Below are positions 50,774 to 60,214 of a DNA stretch of 64,000 nt, piece after piece (position 1 is the stretch's first letter; each line of letters begins with the position of its first letter). The translations under genes and the position numbers were made by a program. Source of the DNA: Fidelibacterota bacterium (GTDB lineage Bacteria > Fidelibacterota > Marinisomatia > Marinisomatales > TCS55); contig JBHHTW010000008.1 in assembly GCA_046861385.1 (NCBI GenBank), positions 8,877 through 72,876 on the forward strand. Reading direction: 5' to 3'. Below the pieces are notes generated by a model. It made no database searches, was not told the origin of the DNA, and saw only the letters and a list, made by a program, of their open reading frames with translations.

Positions 50774-53287
50774 ATGAATAAAATGCTAAAATCTTTCAGT
50801 CAAATTATTATGACTGGAGCACTTTTCATGTCACTTGGGTGGTCACAAATAAGTGTCACCTTTCAAGTAGATATGAATAATGAAACTGTGGATGCAAACG
50901 GTGTTCATTTGGCTGGCGCTTTTCAGGGTTGGGATCCTGCTGCAACAGAATTAACCGATACAGATGGCGATGGAGTATATTCTATCTCAGTGGATACCCT
51001 TACAGCAGGTGCTACTTATGAATATAAATATGTCAACGGCAATGCCTGGGGCGGCGATGAATTCCAAGGTGGATCAAATCGCTCTATTACAATTCCTGAC
51101 ACTAATACTGTTTTACCCGCTTATTGTTTTAATTCGCTTCTTATTTGCTCTGAAGTAAATATCACTTTGAATGTTGATATGAATTTTGAAGTTGTTTCAG
51201 CGGCTGGTGTTCATGTTGCTGGCGCTTTTCAGGGTTGGGATCCTGCTGCAACAGAATTAACCGATACAGATGGCGATGGAGTATATTCTGTAACGCTGGC
51301 TATGACGATTGGAGATACTGTTGAATATAAATACGTCAATGGTGATGCCTGGGGAAGTGATGAATTTCAAGGGCAATCGAACCGCTCTTTAATTGTTCCT
51401 GATGTAGATACCGAATTACCTGCATACTGTTTTAACAGTCTTGATCTTTGCGACTATGCAGCCGAGGGTGTTTGGGTCACTTTCCAAGTTGATATGTCAT
51501 ATGAAATTATCAATGAGATAGATGGTGTTCATATCGCCGGTTCCTTCCAGGGCTGGGATCCATCGTTAACGGAATTGTCTGATGTGGATGGCGATATGGT
51601 CTATGAAGTAACGCTGGATATTCTCGAATCAGCTGGTGACTCTGTATATTACAAATACGTTAATGGAAATGAATGGGGCGAAGATGAAAATATAGGCGCT
51701 GATAGACTGTTGGTTGTCCCGGATACCACGACTATTATAGCCGCGCCCTGTTATGGTAGCGCTGATCCATGTCCTACCCCGCCTGACAGCGTTAATGTTA
51801 CATTTGTTGTTGATATGTTATATGAAACTGTTTCAGCAAACGGTGTTCATGTCGCCGGAAACTTCCAAAGTTGGGATCCTGCTGCCAGTGAAATGACAGA
51901 TGCAGATGGCGATGGTAAATATGAAGCCACTTTTCACGTTGCCACGGGAGAAGAACTACAATACAAATTTATCAATGGCAATGATTGGGATTCAGCAGAA
52001 ACCGTACCGGATGAGTGTGTCTCTGGTGGTAATCGCACTGTTAATGCTCCCAACTTCGATCGACCATACGAAGTGTGTTATGCAATGTGTGAAATTTGTC
52101 CAGAAGAACCTGTTACTAAAACGGTTGTATTTTCGGTTGACATGTCAGAGTGGCTGGATGAAGACGGTGCAACAGGAATGCCTATTTTCAGTGTGTCACG
52201 AGGCGATCAAATGCAGGTCCGCGGCGGTTTTAACGGCTGGAATTGCGATACTCCTGAAGATTGTGAAATGTCACGTACGCCCGGCACAAACGTTTTTAGC
52301 CTAGCGGTTTCTTTAACGGATCAAGCCGATAAGGAATTTGAATACAAATTCTATTTGCAACACGATTCAACATCATTAGCCTTATTTGAAGCTGAGTATG
52401 GCGCCATGTACGGAGATATGGGCTGGGAAGATTCACCACAGTTTGGTGGATCCAATCGTATCTTTCAAATGGGTGAAGATGACGGAACAGGCTTATTGGA
52501 ACTGCCTCTTGCTGGTTATTACGATCTCCCGGCAGGTGCGGTAGTCCCTGCAGGTACACCTGTTTCTCTTACGTTCTCAGTGGACATGACCGGCGCAGAT
52601 GCGGATGGTTTTGACTCAGCTGAAGATACGGTCTCATTGGTTCTAAAAGACAAATGGTTGAACTATTTACAGGGTTTTGGCGATAATTCTACCCATACGG
52701 CTACATCAAATGGTGATGGTACATATTCAGTTACGGTTGATTTTGTTGGTCCGATTCCCTGGCATATGATTTATACTTGGGGATTCTATGATGTTTCATC
52801 AGTTGTTGATATTGAAGAGGGCGGTGGTTTTGGATTGGGCCGCTTCCGCGCTCGTTATCATCACGCCAATTCGGATAGAGGTTGTGCTTGGGAAGATTTT
52901 ACTTTCGAACAGGATACTTGGCAGAAAGATCCACCCTTGCCTCTTGAAGACTTTGACCCAACTGCAGTATGTATTGCACTGGAGATTGTAAGTGATGTTG
53001 TACCGGCTAAATTTCAATTGTCGGATAACTATCCAAATCCATTCAACCCAACAACGAATATTTCATTCAGCATTCCCACGGCGTTAGATGTCCAAGTGAA
53101 TGTCTATAATATTCTGGGACAAAAAGTGGTTACCTTCAATGAGGGACAACTCAATGCCGGTACTTATAATATTCGCTGGAATGGTAGAGATCAAATGGGG
53201 AATGTTCTCTCTAGCGGTATTTACTTCTACGAACTCCAGGCTGGTGATCAGTTTAAACAAATCAAGAAAATGACTTTTGTGAAATAA
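50774..53287 (+). CDS. Secreted protein with tandem starch-binding (CBM20/CBM48-like) repeats and C-terminal sorting domain; no catalytic domain recognised
   Basis: Four repeats of about 100 aa, VTFxVDM..GVHxAGxFQxWDP..DxDGDxxY..YKxxNGxxW, plus further divergent modules; DNYPNPFNPTT C-terminal domain. Confidence 0.85.
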   Translation: MNKMLKSFSQIIMTGALFMSLGWSQISVTFQVDMNNETVDANGVHLAGAFQGWDPAATELTDTDGDGVYSISVDTLTAGATYEYKYVNGNAWGGDEFQGGSNRSITIPDTNTVLPAYCFNSLLICSEVNITLNVDMNFEVVSAAGVHVAGAFQGWDPAATELTDTDGDGVYSVTLAMTIGDTVEYKYVNGDAWGSDEFQGQSNRSLIVPDVDTELPAYCFNSLDLCDYAAEGVWVTFQVDMSYEIINEIDGVHIAGSFQGWDPSLTELSDVDGDMVYEVTLDILESAGDSVYYKYVNGNEWGEDENIGADRLLVVPDTTTIIAAPCYGSADPCPTPPDSVNVTFVVDMLYETVSANGVHVAGNFQSWDPAASEMTDADGDGKYEATFHVATGEELQYKFINGNDWDSAETVPDECVSGGNRTVNAPNFDRPYEVCYAMCEICPEEPVTKTVVFSVDMSEWLDEDGATGMPIFSVSRGDQMQVRGGFNGWNCDTPEDCEMSRTPGTNVFSLAVSLTDQADKEFEYKFYLQHDSTSLALFEAEYGAMYGDMGWEDSPQFGGSNRIFQMGEDDGTGLLELPLAGYYDLPAGAVVPAGTPVSLTFSVDMTGADADGFDSAEDTVSLVLKDKWLNYLQGFGDNSTHTATSNGDGTYSVTVDFVGPIPWHMIYTWGFYDVSSVVDIEEGGGFGLGRFRARYHHANSDRGCAWEDFTFEQDTWQKDPPLPLEDFDPTAVCIALEIVSDVVPAKFQLSDNYPNPFNPTTNISFSIPTALDVQVNVYNILGQKVVTFNEGQLNAGTYNIRWNGRDQMGNVLSSGIYFYELQAGDQFKQIKKMTFVK
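50912..51289 (+). repeat. Identical 72-bp intragenic direct repeat (50912-50983 and 51218-51289)
   Basis: GCTGGCGCTTTTCAGGGTTGGGATCCTGCTGCAACAGAATTAACCGATACAGATGGCGATGGAGTATATTCT occurs twice. Confidence 0.9.
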
Positions 53288-53306
53288 CTACTTTCTTGCA
53301 TTGATT

Positions 53307-53340
53307 AAAAGAGGGCTCATGTAATGTGGGCCCTTTTTTT
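53307..53340 (+). terminator. Rho-independent terminator, probably bidirectional
   Basis: AAAAGAGGGCTCA-TGTAATG-TGGGCCCTTTTTTT between convergent genes. Confidence 0.8.
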
Positions 53341-53355
53341 ATACTCTAGATAACT

Positions 53356-55125
53356 TTATTTTGTTAAAACACCCTTTACTACAAAAATTCTATTTTGTGA
53401 TTGATACCTAATAAAATATATGCCGCTTGGAAATTGGCTTGCATTCCAAACGAAGTCATGTTCCCCCTTATCCACTTTTTGGTTTATTAATGTATCAATC
53501 CATTTTCCCTTGATATTATATATATCCAAACGGAGAGGATGCTTATCTGCGTTCTCAACTTTAATTCGGATGGTTGTTTCTGGATTAAAGGGGTTGGGGT
53601 ATAGACTTATGATATTGTGTTCAATTGGTATTATATCACTTTTAATCGTCAGCGGAAATACATTTCCGGATCCTTTAACCAGTAAATACCTTTGATTGGT
53701 TTCAGAAACATCGAAAAATTCTCGTTCTCCATCGGGCCAATTAACTACCACTGAATCAATATCAATCTCATCTCCCAAGCCAAAGTGTTGCCGTAGTGTA
53801 TTTTGTGAACAGTAACCGTTTCCAGCTGCCACCTGACTAAATTGGGATCCGGATTGAGTATATATTATAATTTTGGCTCCAATTGCAAATGGATCTCCTT
53901 CATTTGATTGCAGTAAAAATTGAACCCAGTTATTTGATGGAGAGTCGTTTCTGTATAAGAGAACAGATCCATCAGAATAGGAATGCCCTGCGGCAATAAT
54001 ATCGAGATCCCCATCGTTGTCTAAATCTCCATAAGCACAACCGATACCATTATTGTAACTCTGTAGGCCGGAAGATTGACTCAAATCTTCAAATGAACCA
54101 TTTTGCAAATTTCGAAAAAATGAATTGGGGACATCTCCAAAACCAGATTGATTATTGTTAAAAATATCCAGCCAGCCATCATTGTCTGCATCAAAGAAAA
54201 ACGTTCCCCAGGCCATACTCCCGGGGATGTCTGAAACACCGGTTAAATCTGCAACATCATAAAAATATCCCTGTGGTGAATTTTGCAGTAATGAATTTTC
54301 ATACAGATTAGATGTATACACATCTATCCAACCATCTCGATTATAATCGCCGAGCGCTACACCCATGCCCATCACAGGTAAAATAACACCTGCTGAAGCG
54401 GATATATCTGAAAATACGCCGCTCTCTTCTTTCCGAAGTAAAATATTACCTCTGTTATTATCTTGAGTAAGGAAAAGATCATCATCTCCATCGTTATCAT
54501 AATCAAAAAAACCTAACCCCATAACCAGTCCTCCATTTTGTGGTCCTGCAGCATTTATATTTTGCGCGAAGTCTGTAAATGTCCCGTCTCCATTATTCTT
54601 AAAGAAATAATTAAACTCAGTTAACCGCCCAACATATAAATCTATCCAACCGTCATTATTAACATCGTTCCATGCGCCACCTTCGAGTCCACCATTTGTT
54701 ACGATTCCCGACCGGACGGTTACATCGCTGAATGTCCCGTCTCCATTGTTTCTATATAAAAAACTGTTGCCTTTCATTGCTCCGATGAATAAATCCAGAT
54801 AGCCATCATTATTATAATCAGCCGCTAGGGGGAGTCTTGTTTCAGCAGATGTTGTTATACCAACCGCGAACGATACTTCTTCAAATTCCATGCTGCCCAG
54901 ATTATGAAACAATAAATTAGAACCATTATTCCGATCGCAGACAAATACGTCCTCCAAATCATCGTTATCGAAATCAAAAATACAAACTCCCTCACCGGAT
55001 ATATTATAATTCATCCCGGCTTCGGAGGTCAGGTTTGTGAAATAAATTTGCCCGTTCACTGCCGTAAACAACGTGATGATACCAATGAAAATTATTGCAT
55101 TCATATAGAAGAATAAATTACGCAA
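53356..55125 (-). CDS. FG-GAP/VCBS-repeat protein with ASPIC/UnbV domain and C-terminal sorting domain
   Basis: Repeated DYNNDGYLDL/DYDNDGDDDL/DLDNDGDLD; GYCSQN..HFGLG..VNWPDG; LYPNPFNP. Confidence 0.88.
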   Translation of the reverse strand: MRNLFFYMNAIIFIGIITLFTAVNGQIYFTNLTSEAGMNYNISGEGVCIFDFDNDDLEDVFVCDRNNGSNLLFHNLGSMEFEEVSFAVGITTSAETRLPLAADYNNDGYLDLFIGAMKGNSFLYRNNGDGTFSDVTVRSGIVTNGGLEGGAWNDVNNDGWIDLYVGRLTEFNYFFKNNGDGTFTDFAQNINAAGPQNGGLVMGLGFFDYDNDGDDDLFLTQDNNRGNILLRKEESGVFSDISASAGVILPVMGMGVALGDYNRDGWIDVYTSNLYENSLLQNSPQGYFYDVADLTGVSDIPGSMAWGTFFFDADNDGWLDIFNNNQSGFGDVPNSFFRNLQNGSFEDLSQSSGLQSYNNGIGCAYGDLDNDGDLDIIAAGHSYSDGSVLLYRNDSPSNNWVQFLLQSNEGDPFAIGAKIIIYTQSGSQFSQVAAGNGYCSQNTLRQHFGLGDEIDIDSVVVNWPDGEREFFDVSETNQRYLLVKGSGNVFPLTIKSDIIPIEHNIISLYPNPFNPETTIRIKVENADKHPLRLDIYNIKGKWIDTLINQKVDKGEHDFVWNASQFPSGIYFIRYQSQNRIFVVKGVLTK

Positions 55126-55223
55126 ATTATCTTAATATTTTAGTCTTTGATTCTGGTAGAATCGGGGGATTCTTTGTAAACTTTCAAAGCTGTTTTCTCT
55201 CTAAATATGCCCAATAGAACTTA

Positions 55224-55676
55224 ATGAAAAAAACACTGATTATTATTAGTTTGGTCACCAGTATATCGCTGGCAGTTGATGTGGCAAAATTGCCTGTAAT
55301 ATCATTAAGTCAAGACACTCTGGAACTGCATCAAATTATCAATGTTGATCAACCTACCTTTATTTATTTATGGGCAACCTGGTGTCATGTTTGCAGAAAA
55401 GAAATGCCTAAAATGATTGAGTTTTTCAATGAACAATCCGATGTGAACTTTATTCCGGTGGCTTATACCGTTACATCGGACAAAGTAAATGACTTTTTAT
55501 TAGAAAACGATTACACACTAAACACGTTTATTGATTATTCTGGAGAAATATTCAGGGAATTTGGTGTAAAAGCCACTCCGACAGTTGTTATTCTTGACCA
55601 AAACAATGGTATTGTATTTAATGGATATAAATCAATTCACACGTATAGAAAATTATTAAAAAGGTTAAAAAATTAA
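55224..55676 (+). CDS. TlpA/ResA-like thioredoxin-fold disulfide reductase, exported
   Basis: Signal peptide; WATWCHVCRKEMP; FGVKATP. Confidence 0.9.
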   Translation: MKKTLIIISLVTSISLAVDVAKLPVISLSQDTLELHQIINVDQPTFIYLWATWCHVCRKEMPKMIEFFNEQSDVNFIPVAYTVTSDKVNDFLLENDYTLNTFIDYSGEIFREFGVKATPTVVILDQNNGIVFNGYKSIHTYRKLLKRLKN

Positions 55677-56638
55677 TGAGATACTTTAGATCATATATTA
55701 TTTCTTTGTTTATCCTTATTCTTTCATCTGCTGCCTACGCTCAAGGCGGTATCAGCTGACGGCGTCCAATCCTCCCGGGCGGGAGTTTATTAAAATATAG
55801 TTCTGCTCAAGAAAATCAATTATCGATCGGTTTTGTCTATGAACATGAATATCTTTCAAAGCCAATCTATGGCAAGAAATCCATTCCCAATTTTAATAAA
55901 GAACGCACAGATAACAGTACAATAACATTCATAGCAAATGCGGGAATCGCCAAAGGGTTGACGCTTTCTGCTTTTATTCCATACCGGCATGTATTGAATG
56001 AAAAAGTATTATTCCGAGGCCAGAATGATAACCAATACGACGGTGGTTTATATTCCAGAGAAGCTAATGGAATTGGGGATATTATTTTGCAAATGAGTTA
56101 TCAATTAGACCTCTTTAAAAATCATTTCCCCTTGCTTTTAGGTATAGGAATCAAACTAGCAAATGGAGAAATCAACGCATTGGATAAATACAAGTCCCGG
56201 ATTTCTGATAATTTACAGGTGGGTTCCGGAAGCGTTGATCCTATTTTTTCTATTTATACGAATGAACACTTGGGTTCATTTATGCTGTCGTCTGGTATTT
56301 TTACCCGGATTGCTTCCCGGGAAAACATTTATGGATATAAATATGGTAACGAGCTCCACGCATTAATGAATCTGGATTATGTAGATTCAGATTTATTTTT
56401 CGGTGGGATCCAATTATATTATTTATTGACTACAAGGGATACATACCAATATGGTAAAGTGGCTCGTGATCGGGGAGGAAAAAGTATTTTCTTCAGTACA
56501 AAAATGGGTACAAAGATTACCGATGATTTTGATTTAGAGCTTATATTTCAGTTACCGATCTATCAACGCTTGAACGAAAGCCAACTGACCTCATCTTATT
56601 CTATACAATTTGGCACACTTTATAGATTTACACTTTAA
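55676..56638 (+). CDS. Candidate selenoprotein: outer-membrane beta-barrel ('transporter'-like), 320 aa, in-frame TGA at codon 28
   Basis: ATG at 55676 overlaps the TlpA stop (TAATG). Reads MRYFRSYIISLFILILSSAAYA|QGGIS-TGA-RRPILPGG.. and stays open in frame into track ORF 55958..56638. Later motifs GIGDIIL, QVGSGSVD, YGNE, QLPIYQRLN resemble barrel transporters. Confidence 0.7.
55757..55791 (+). promoter_or_regulatory. Candidate bacterial SECIS element
   Basis: TGA (55757-55759), then CTCCC-GGGC-GGGAG hairpin (55772-55785). Apical loop starts with G 17 nt after the UGA; a GC-rich patch in AT-rich DNA. Confidence 0.6.
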
Positions 56639-57687
56639 TGAAAAAATTAATCCCCATATTATTAATGACAATTTCCTGTTCTCTTTATGAGGATAAGGAT
56701 GATCCGGACATTTATTTTGAAATTAATAATTTCGATATTCTCAAACTGGGTAAAACAATATCAGATATGATGCTCGGCCCGAACGGTCAATATCTCTATT
56801 TATGTGATTATAATAATAATTCTATTTTAAAAGTAAGCCTTAACGGTAAGATGAAACTAATTGGAGAATTGGTTTTGGGGTCTCATCCTACTGCCATGGA
56901 CACTTCTCCCGATAAATCTCTCATAGCAATTGCTATGAGAGGTGAAAGTAAAGTATTTATTATTTCTTTGGCAGATTTTTCTATCTCATCAACTTTTGCA
57001 GTATCCTTAATGAATATGAACGATATTGTATATGCAAATGATCACCGTTTATTGATTTCCTCCAGCACGGATCCGACTGTCATCGCTTATGATTTAAATT
57101 CGAATACGGAAACAAGCCAATCTATTTTGAACGGCGAACTCATCGTAGACCAGAATGATAGCATTGCTTATGTTGCATCTGCTTCTTCAATAAAAAAATA
57201 TGATATATCAAATAATCAGGCGTTTTTGGAACCCAATGTCGCGGATCCTTTTGGATTTTCCGCCTTAATTAATCACTTCATCATCAGTCAGGATAAAAAA
57301 ACATTGTTCTTATGTCTCACAAATCCGGATGATCATTCAACTGTCAATAGTGTTTACGCTTACAATGCTGAAACACTCACTTTTGCCGGTCAATATAAAA
57401 TAAAATCCCCCGGAATGGGAGTCGCTGTCAGTGGGGATAATGATCGGATTTTTATTGCTCCGACAGATGCTGACAAAAACGGTGTTTTTGTCGTAGAATT
57501 TGATGCGAAAACAAAATTGGAATCTCATTATTATTTAGTGGCGGGGAACCTGAAAGAACGGTGCCTTGTCATTGATCAAAACGCAGACTATTTTTATGTG
57601 CTGGTGAATACACCGGGAGATAATAATTCCTTTGAGCCGTACAATAATTTCTCATTTGATCTTCAACGCGTCCGCATCTATAATTGA
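56638..57687 (+). CDS. YncE/YVTN-like beta-propeller lipoprotein
   Basis: Lipobox-like TISC; repeats GPNGQYLYL, SPDKSLIAI, SQDKKTLFL, SGDNDRIFI; TAATG overlap with the upstream gene. Confidence 0.75.
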   Translation: MKKLIPILLMTISCSLYEDKDDPDIYFEINNFDILKLGKTISDMMLGPNGQYLYLCDYNNNSILKVSLNGKMKLIGELVLGSHPTAMDTSPDKSLIAIAMRGESKVFIISLADFSISSTFAVSLMNMNDIVYANDHRLLISSSTDPTVIAYDLNSNTETSQSILNGELIVDQNDSIAYVASASSIKKYDISNNQAFLEPNVADPFGFSALINHFIISQDKKTLFLCLTNPDDHSTVNSVYAYNAETLTFAGQYKIKSPGMGVAVSGDNDRIFIAPTDADKNGVFVVEFDAKTKLESHYYLVAGNLKERCLVIDQNADYFYVLVNTPGDNNSFEPYNNFSFDLQRVRIYN

Positions 57688-58808
57688 TGGCTCGAATTGG
57701 TTTTTATTGGCTGATTTTATCTTCACTGGTTTTTTCTCATTCCGAGACGATTACATTCCTGATTAAAGTACCAGACTCAACCGATAATGTATATTTGCTT
57801 GGTAACGACAAACGTCTTGGCAATTGGAACCATTCTAAAGCTGTAAAATTAGATTTAATAAACGATACTTTATTTACAACGACTGTCTCTTTGCCCAAGA
57901 GTAAAAACATTGAATTCAAATTCACCCGAGGAGCCTGGGGAAAAGAAGCTCTCAGTGAAAACCTGACAGTTCCCCAAAATTATTCCTTAAAGGTCGATCA
58001 TCAGGATACTGTTAATTATACTATATTTTCGTGGAAAGACTGGGTTTCGTTACCGATGGATCAGGTCGCGGGAGATTTGATTGTCCATAAAAATATTTAC
58101 TCCCCCCAACTGGATAATTACAGAACTATTTTGGTTTGGTTACCGCCATCGTATGAAATAAACGAAGATAAAAAATATCCGGTACTGTATTTACATGATG
58201 GACAAAATGTGTTTATTTCTGGATTATCATTATCCGGGCAGGAATGGTCATTGGATGAAACGGTTACTGAACTAATAGATCAAAAAAAGATGGAAGAGAT
58301 CATTATGGTTGCTGTTTATAACGGGGAGAACCGCACAGAAGAATACAGTCCGAAACATCGGGGAAATGCTTACGCAGATTTTTTGATAAAAACCATCAAA
58401 CCGTGGATTGATAAAGAGTATAGAACAAAACCTGACCGTAAAAATACTGCAGTACTTGGTTCATCCATGGGTGGTATTATTTCGTTTCATTTGGGATGGG
58501 AATATAGTCATATCTTTTCCATGGCGGGTTGCCTTTCGCCTGCCTTTTTAGTCGATAGAAATGAAATTGTTAAGCGAGTAAAAAAATCCAGTGAAAATCC
58601 GGAGTTCAAATTTACAATTCAAAATGGAACTGAAGAATTGGAGGCAGAATTTCAACCCTCCATAAATAAAATGATCAAATATTTAAAGAAAAAAGGTTAC
58701 AAAGAAAATTCTGATTATTTATATCGAATCTATGATGGGGCTTATCACTCAGAAGGCGCTTGGGCACAACAAGTGCGAGACGCTTTACTCTTTTTCTTCG
58801 CCATTTGA
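57684..58808 (+). CDS. Alpha/beta hydrolase (putative esterase) with N-terminal CBM20-like domain
   Basis: VYLLGNDKRLGNW..IEFKFTRGAW; YPVLYLHDGQN, GSSMGG, HSEGAW. Confidence 0.85.
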   Translation: MMARIGFYWLILSSLVFSHSETITFLIKVPDSTDNVYLLGNDKRLGNWNHSKAVKLDLINDTLFTTTVSLPKSKNIEFKFTRGAWGKEALSENLTVPQNYSLKVDHQDTVNYTIFSWKDWVSLPMDQVAGDLIVHKNIYSPQLDNYRTILVWLPPSYEINEDKKYPVLYLHDGQNVFISGLSLSGQEWSLDETVTELIDQKKMEEIIMVAVYNGENRTEEYSPKHRGNAYADFLIKTIKPWIDKEYRTKPDRKNTAVLGSSMGGIISFHLGWEYSHIFSMAGCLSPAFLVDRNEIVKRVKKSSENPEFKFTIQNGTEELEAEFQPSINKMIKYLKKKGYKENSDYLYRIYDGAYHSEGAWAQQVRDALLFFFAI

Positions 58809-59360
58809 AATTGCCGCATATCTTTGCCAGAACTTAACAGACTCTGCCCATTCCTCCGATGTATAATGAGCTTTTGTTCCCCCGGGCATTTCCAGTTGAT
58901 TTCGCATCATGGTTACGGGCCCCATAGGTAACTCATTCATTTTCTCAGGAATAGCGTGAATGCTGATGAGTTCCCATTCGCAATCAGTGGTATTTTCACT
59001 GTTTTCTTCCAACACATCATGACGATATAGAATAAACTCTACATTTCCCGATGGTAAGGGGTCAGAGTTTACAGCGCGAATTTGGATGTATGGCTCTTCA
59101 TCTGGCTTTCTTCTAATGACTTCAGCTTTCAGTGTTGAGCTCTCATCAATTTCGGCAAAGGGACAGAAAAAATGTTTGGCCATTTCCGGCGACCCTTGAA
59201 TGATGCGAACCCCGTCTCTATAACCCTCTTTAAAATGTCCTAGAGCCATTTGCTCTTCTGCATGTTTAACAATGTCTTCAAAGGATAAATCAGGTGAATA
59301 GGTTTTCCCTGATCCTTTTACTTGTCTACGTACAAATTTATTTACTGCAACTTTCTTCAT
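58785..59360 (-). CDS. DUF3228-family protein (tentative)
   Basis: GYRDG, ILYRHDVL, ELPMGPVTMMRN..GG..Y..SVKFW pattern, recognised from memory. Confidence 0.6.
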   Translation of the reverse strand: MKKVAVNKFVRRQVKGSGKTYSPDLSFEDIVKHAEEQMALGHFKEGYRDGVRIIQGSPEMAKHFFCPFAEIDESSTLKAEVIRRKPDEEPYIQIRAVNSDPLPSGNVEFILYRHDVLEENSENTTDCEWELISIHAIPEKMNELPMGPVTMMRNQLEMPGGTKAHYTSEEWAESVKFWQRYAAISNGEEKE

Positions 59361-59460
59361 TTAATCTCCGTTAATACCATAAAATTTACAGTATTGTTTT
59401 GATCACGTTGCTGAAAAGGTGAATTTCTACCAGTGATTTTTTCTAAAATTAAAAGGAGTC

Positions 59461-60210
59461 GTGATGCTAAAATTAGTGTTACTGCGTCATGGAGAAAGCC
59501 AGTGGAATCTGGAAAATCGATTTACCGGCTGGACAGATGTTGATTTAACAACCAAAGGAGAAAATGAAGCCGGCTCATCCGGAAGAATCCTTAAGAAAAA
59601 AGGCTTTGAATTCGATGTTATTCATACATCCGTTCTTAAGCGCGCTATCCGTACAATGGATTTATGTTTAAATGAAATGGGAATGACTCATATCCCCATC
59701 ACATATAACTGGCGGTTGAACGAACGTCACTACGGCGCATTGCAAGGGTTAAATAAGGCCGAAACAGCAAAAAAATATGGTGAAAAACAAGTTCACGAGT
59801 GGAGACGAAGCTATACGACGCCACCTCCCAAATTGGATATCAATGATGAAAGGCACCCGCGATTTGATCCGGTTTACAAGGATTTAGATCCAAAGGACTT
59901 ACCGTCTTCAGAATGTTTAAAAGATACCGTGGACAGATTTCTTCCCCATTGGTTTAATCAAATAGCTCCGGATGTGAAATCGGGTAAAAAAGTATTGATC
60001 GTTGCTCACGGGAATTCTCTTCGGGCATTGGTAAAATACCTGGATAAAATTTCTGATGAAGAAATAGTTGGGCTCAATATACCCACAGGTGTTCCGTTGG
60101 TTTATGAACTCAATGATAACTTGACTCCGATAAAACACTATTATCTCGGTGATCAGGAAGAAATAGCTGCAAAAGCAGCGGCGGTTGCTGCACAAGGAAA
60201 GGTAAAATAA
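59461..60210 (+). CDS. gpmA: 2,3-bisphosphoglycerate-dependent phosphoglycerate mutase
   Basis: [33 protein letters not shown]. Confidence 0.97.
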   Translation: MMLKLVLLRHGESQWNLENRFTGWTDVDLTTKGENEAGSSGRILKKKGFEFDVIHTSVLKRAIRTMDLCLNEMGMTHIPITYNWRLNERHYGALQGLNKAETAKKYGEKQVHEWRRSYTTPPPKLDINDERHPRFDPVYKDLDPKDLPSSECLKDTVDRFLPHWFNQIAPDVKSGKKVLIVAHGNSLRALVKYLDKISDEEIVGLNIPTGVPLVYELNDNLTPIKHYYLGDQEEIAAKAAAVAAQGKVK

Positions 60211-60214
60211 TCAA

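Noticed and set aside
55757-55759. Genome-wide TGA reassignment (Trp/Gly) as the explanation for the in-frame TGA
   Set aside because: Several conserved genes here end at TGA at their expected C-termini (e.g. 2077, 2907, 13591, 23800), and Trp is encoded by TGG.
55958-56638. Track ORF with TTG start as a standalone 226-aa protein
   Set aside because: It has no signal peptide and would leave 281 bp unexplained. The upstream in-frame extension supplies a coupled ATG and a signal peptide.
59361-59460. Operator copy upstream of gpmA
   Set aside because: Searched by eye because gpmA is glycolytic; no match to the palindrome was found.
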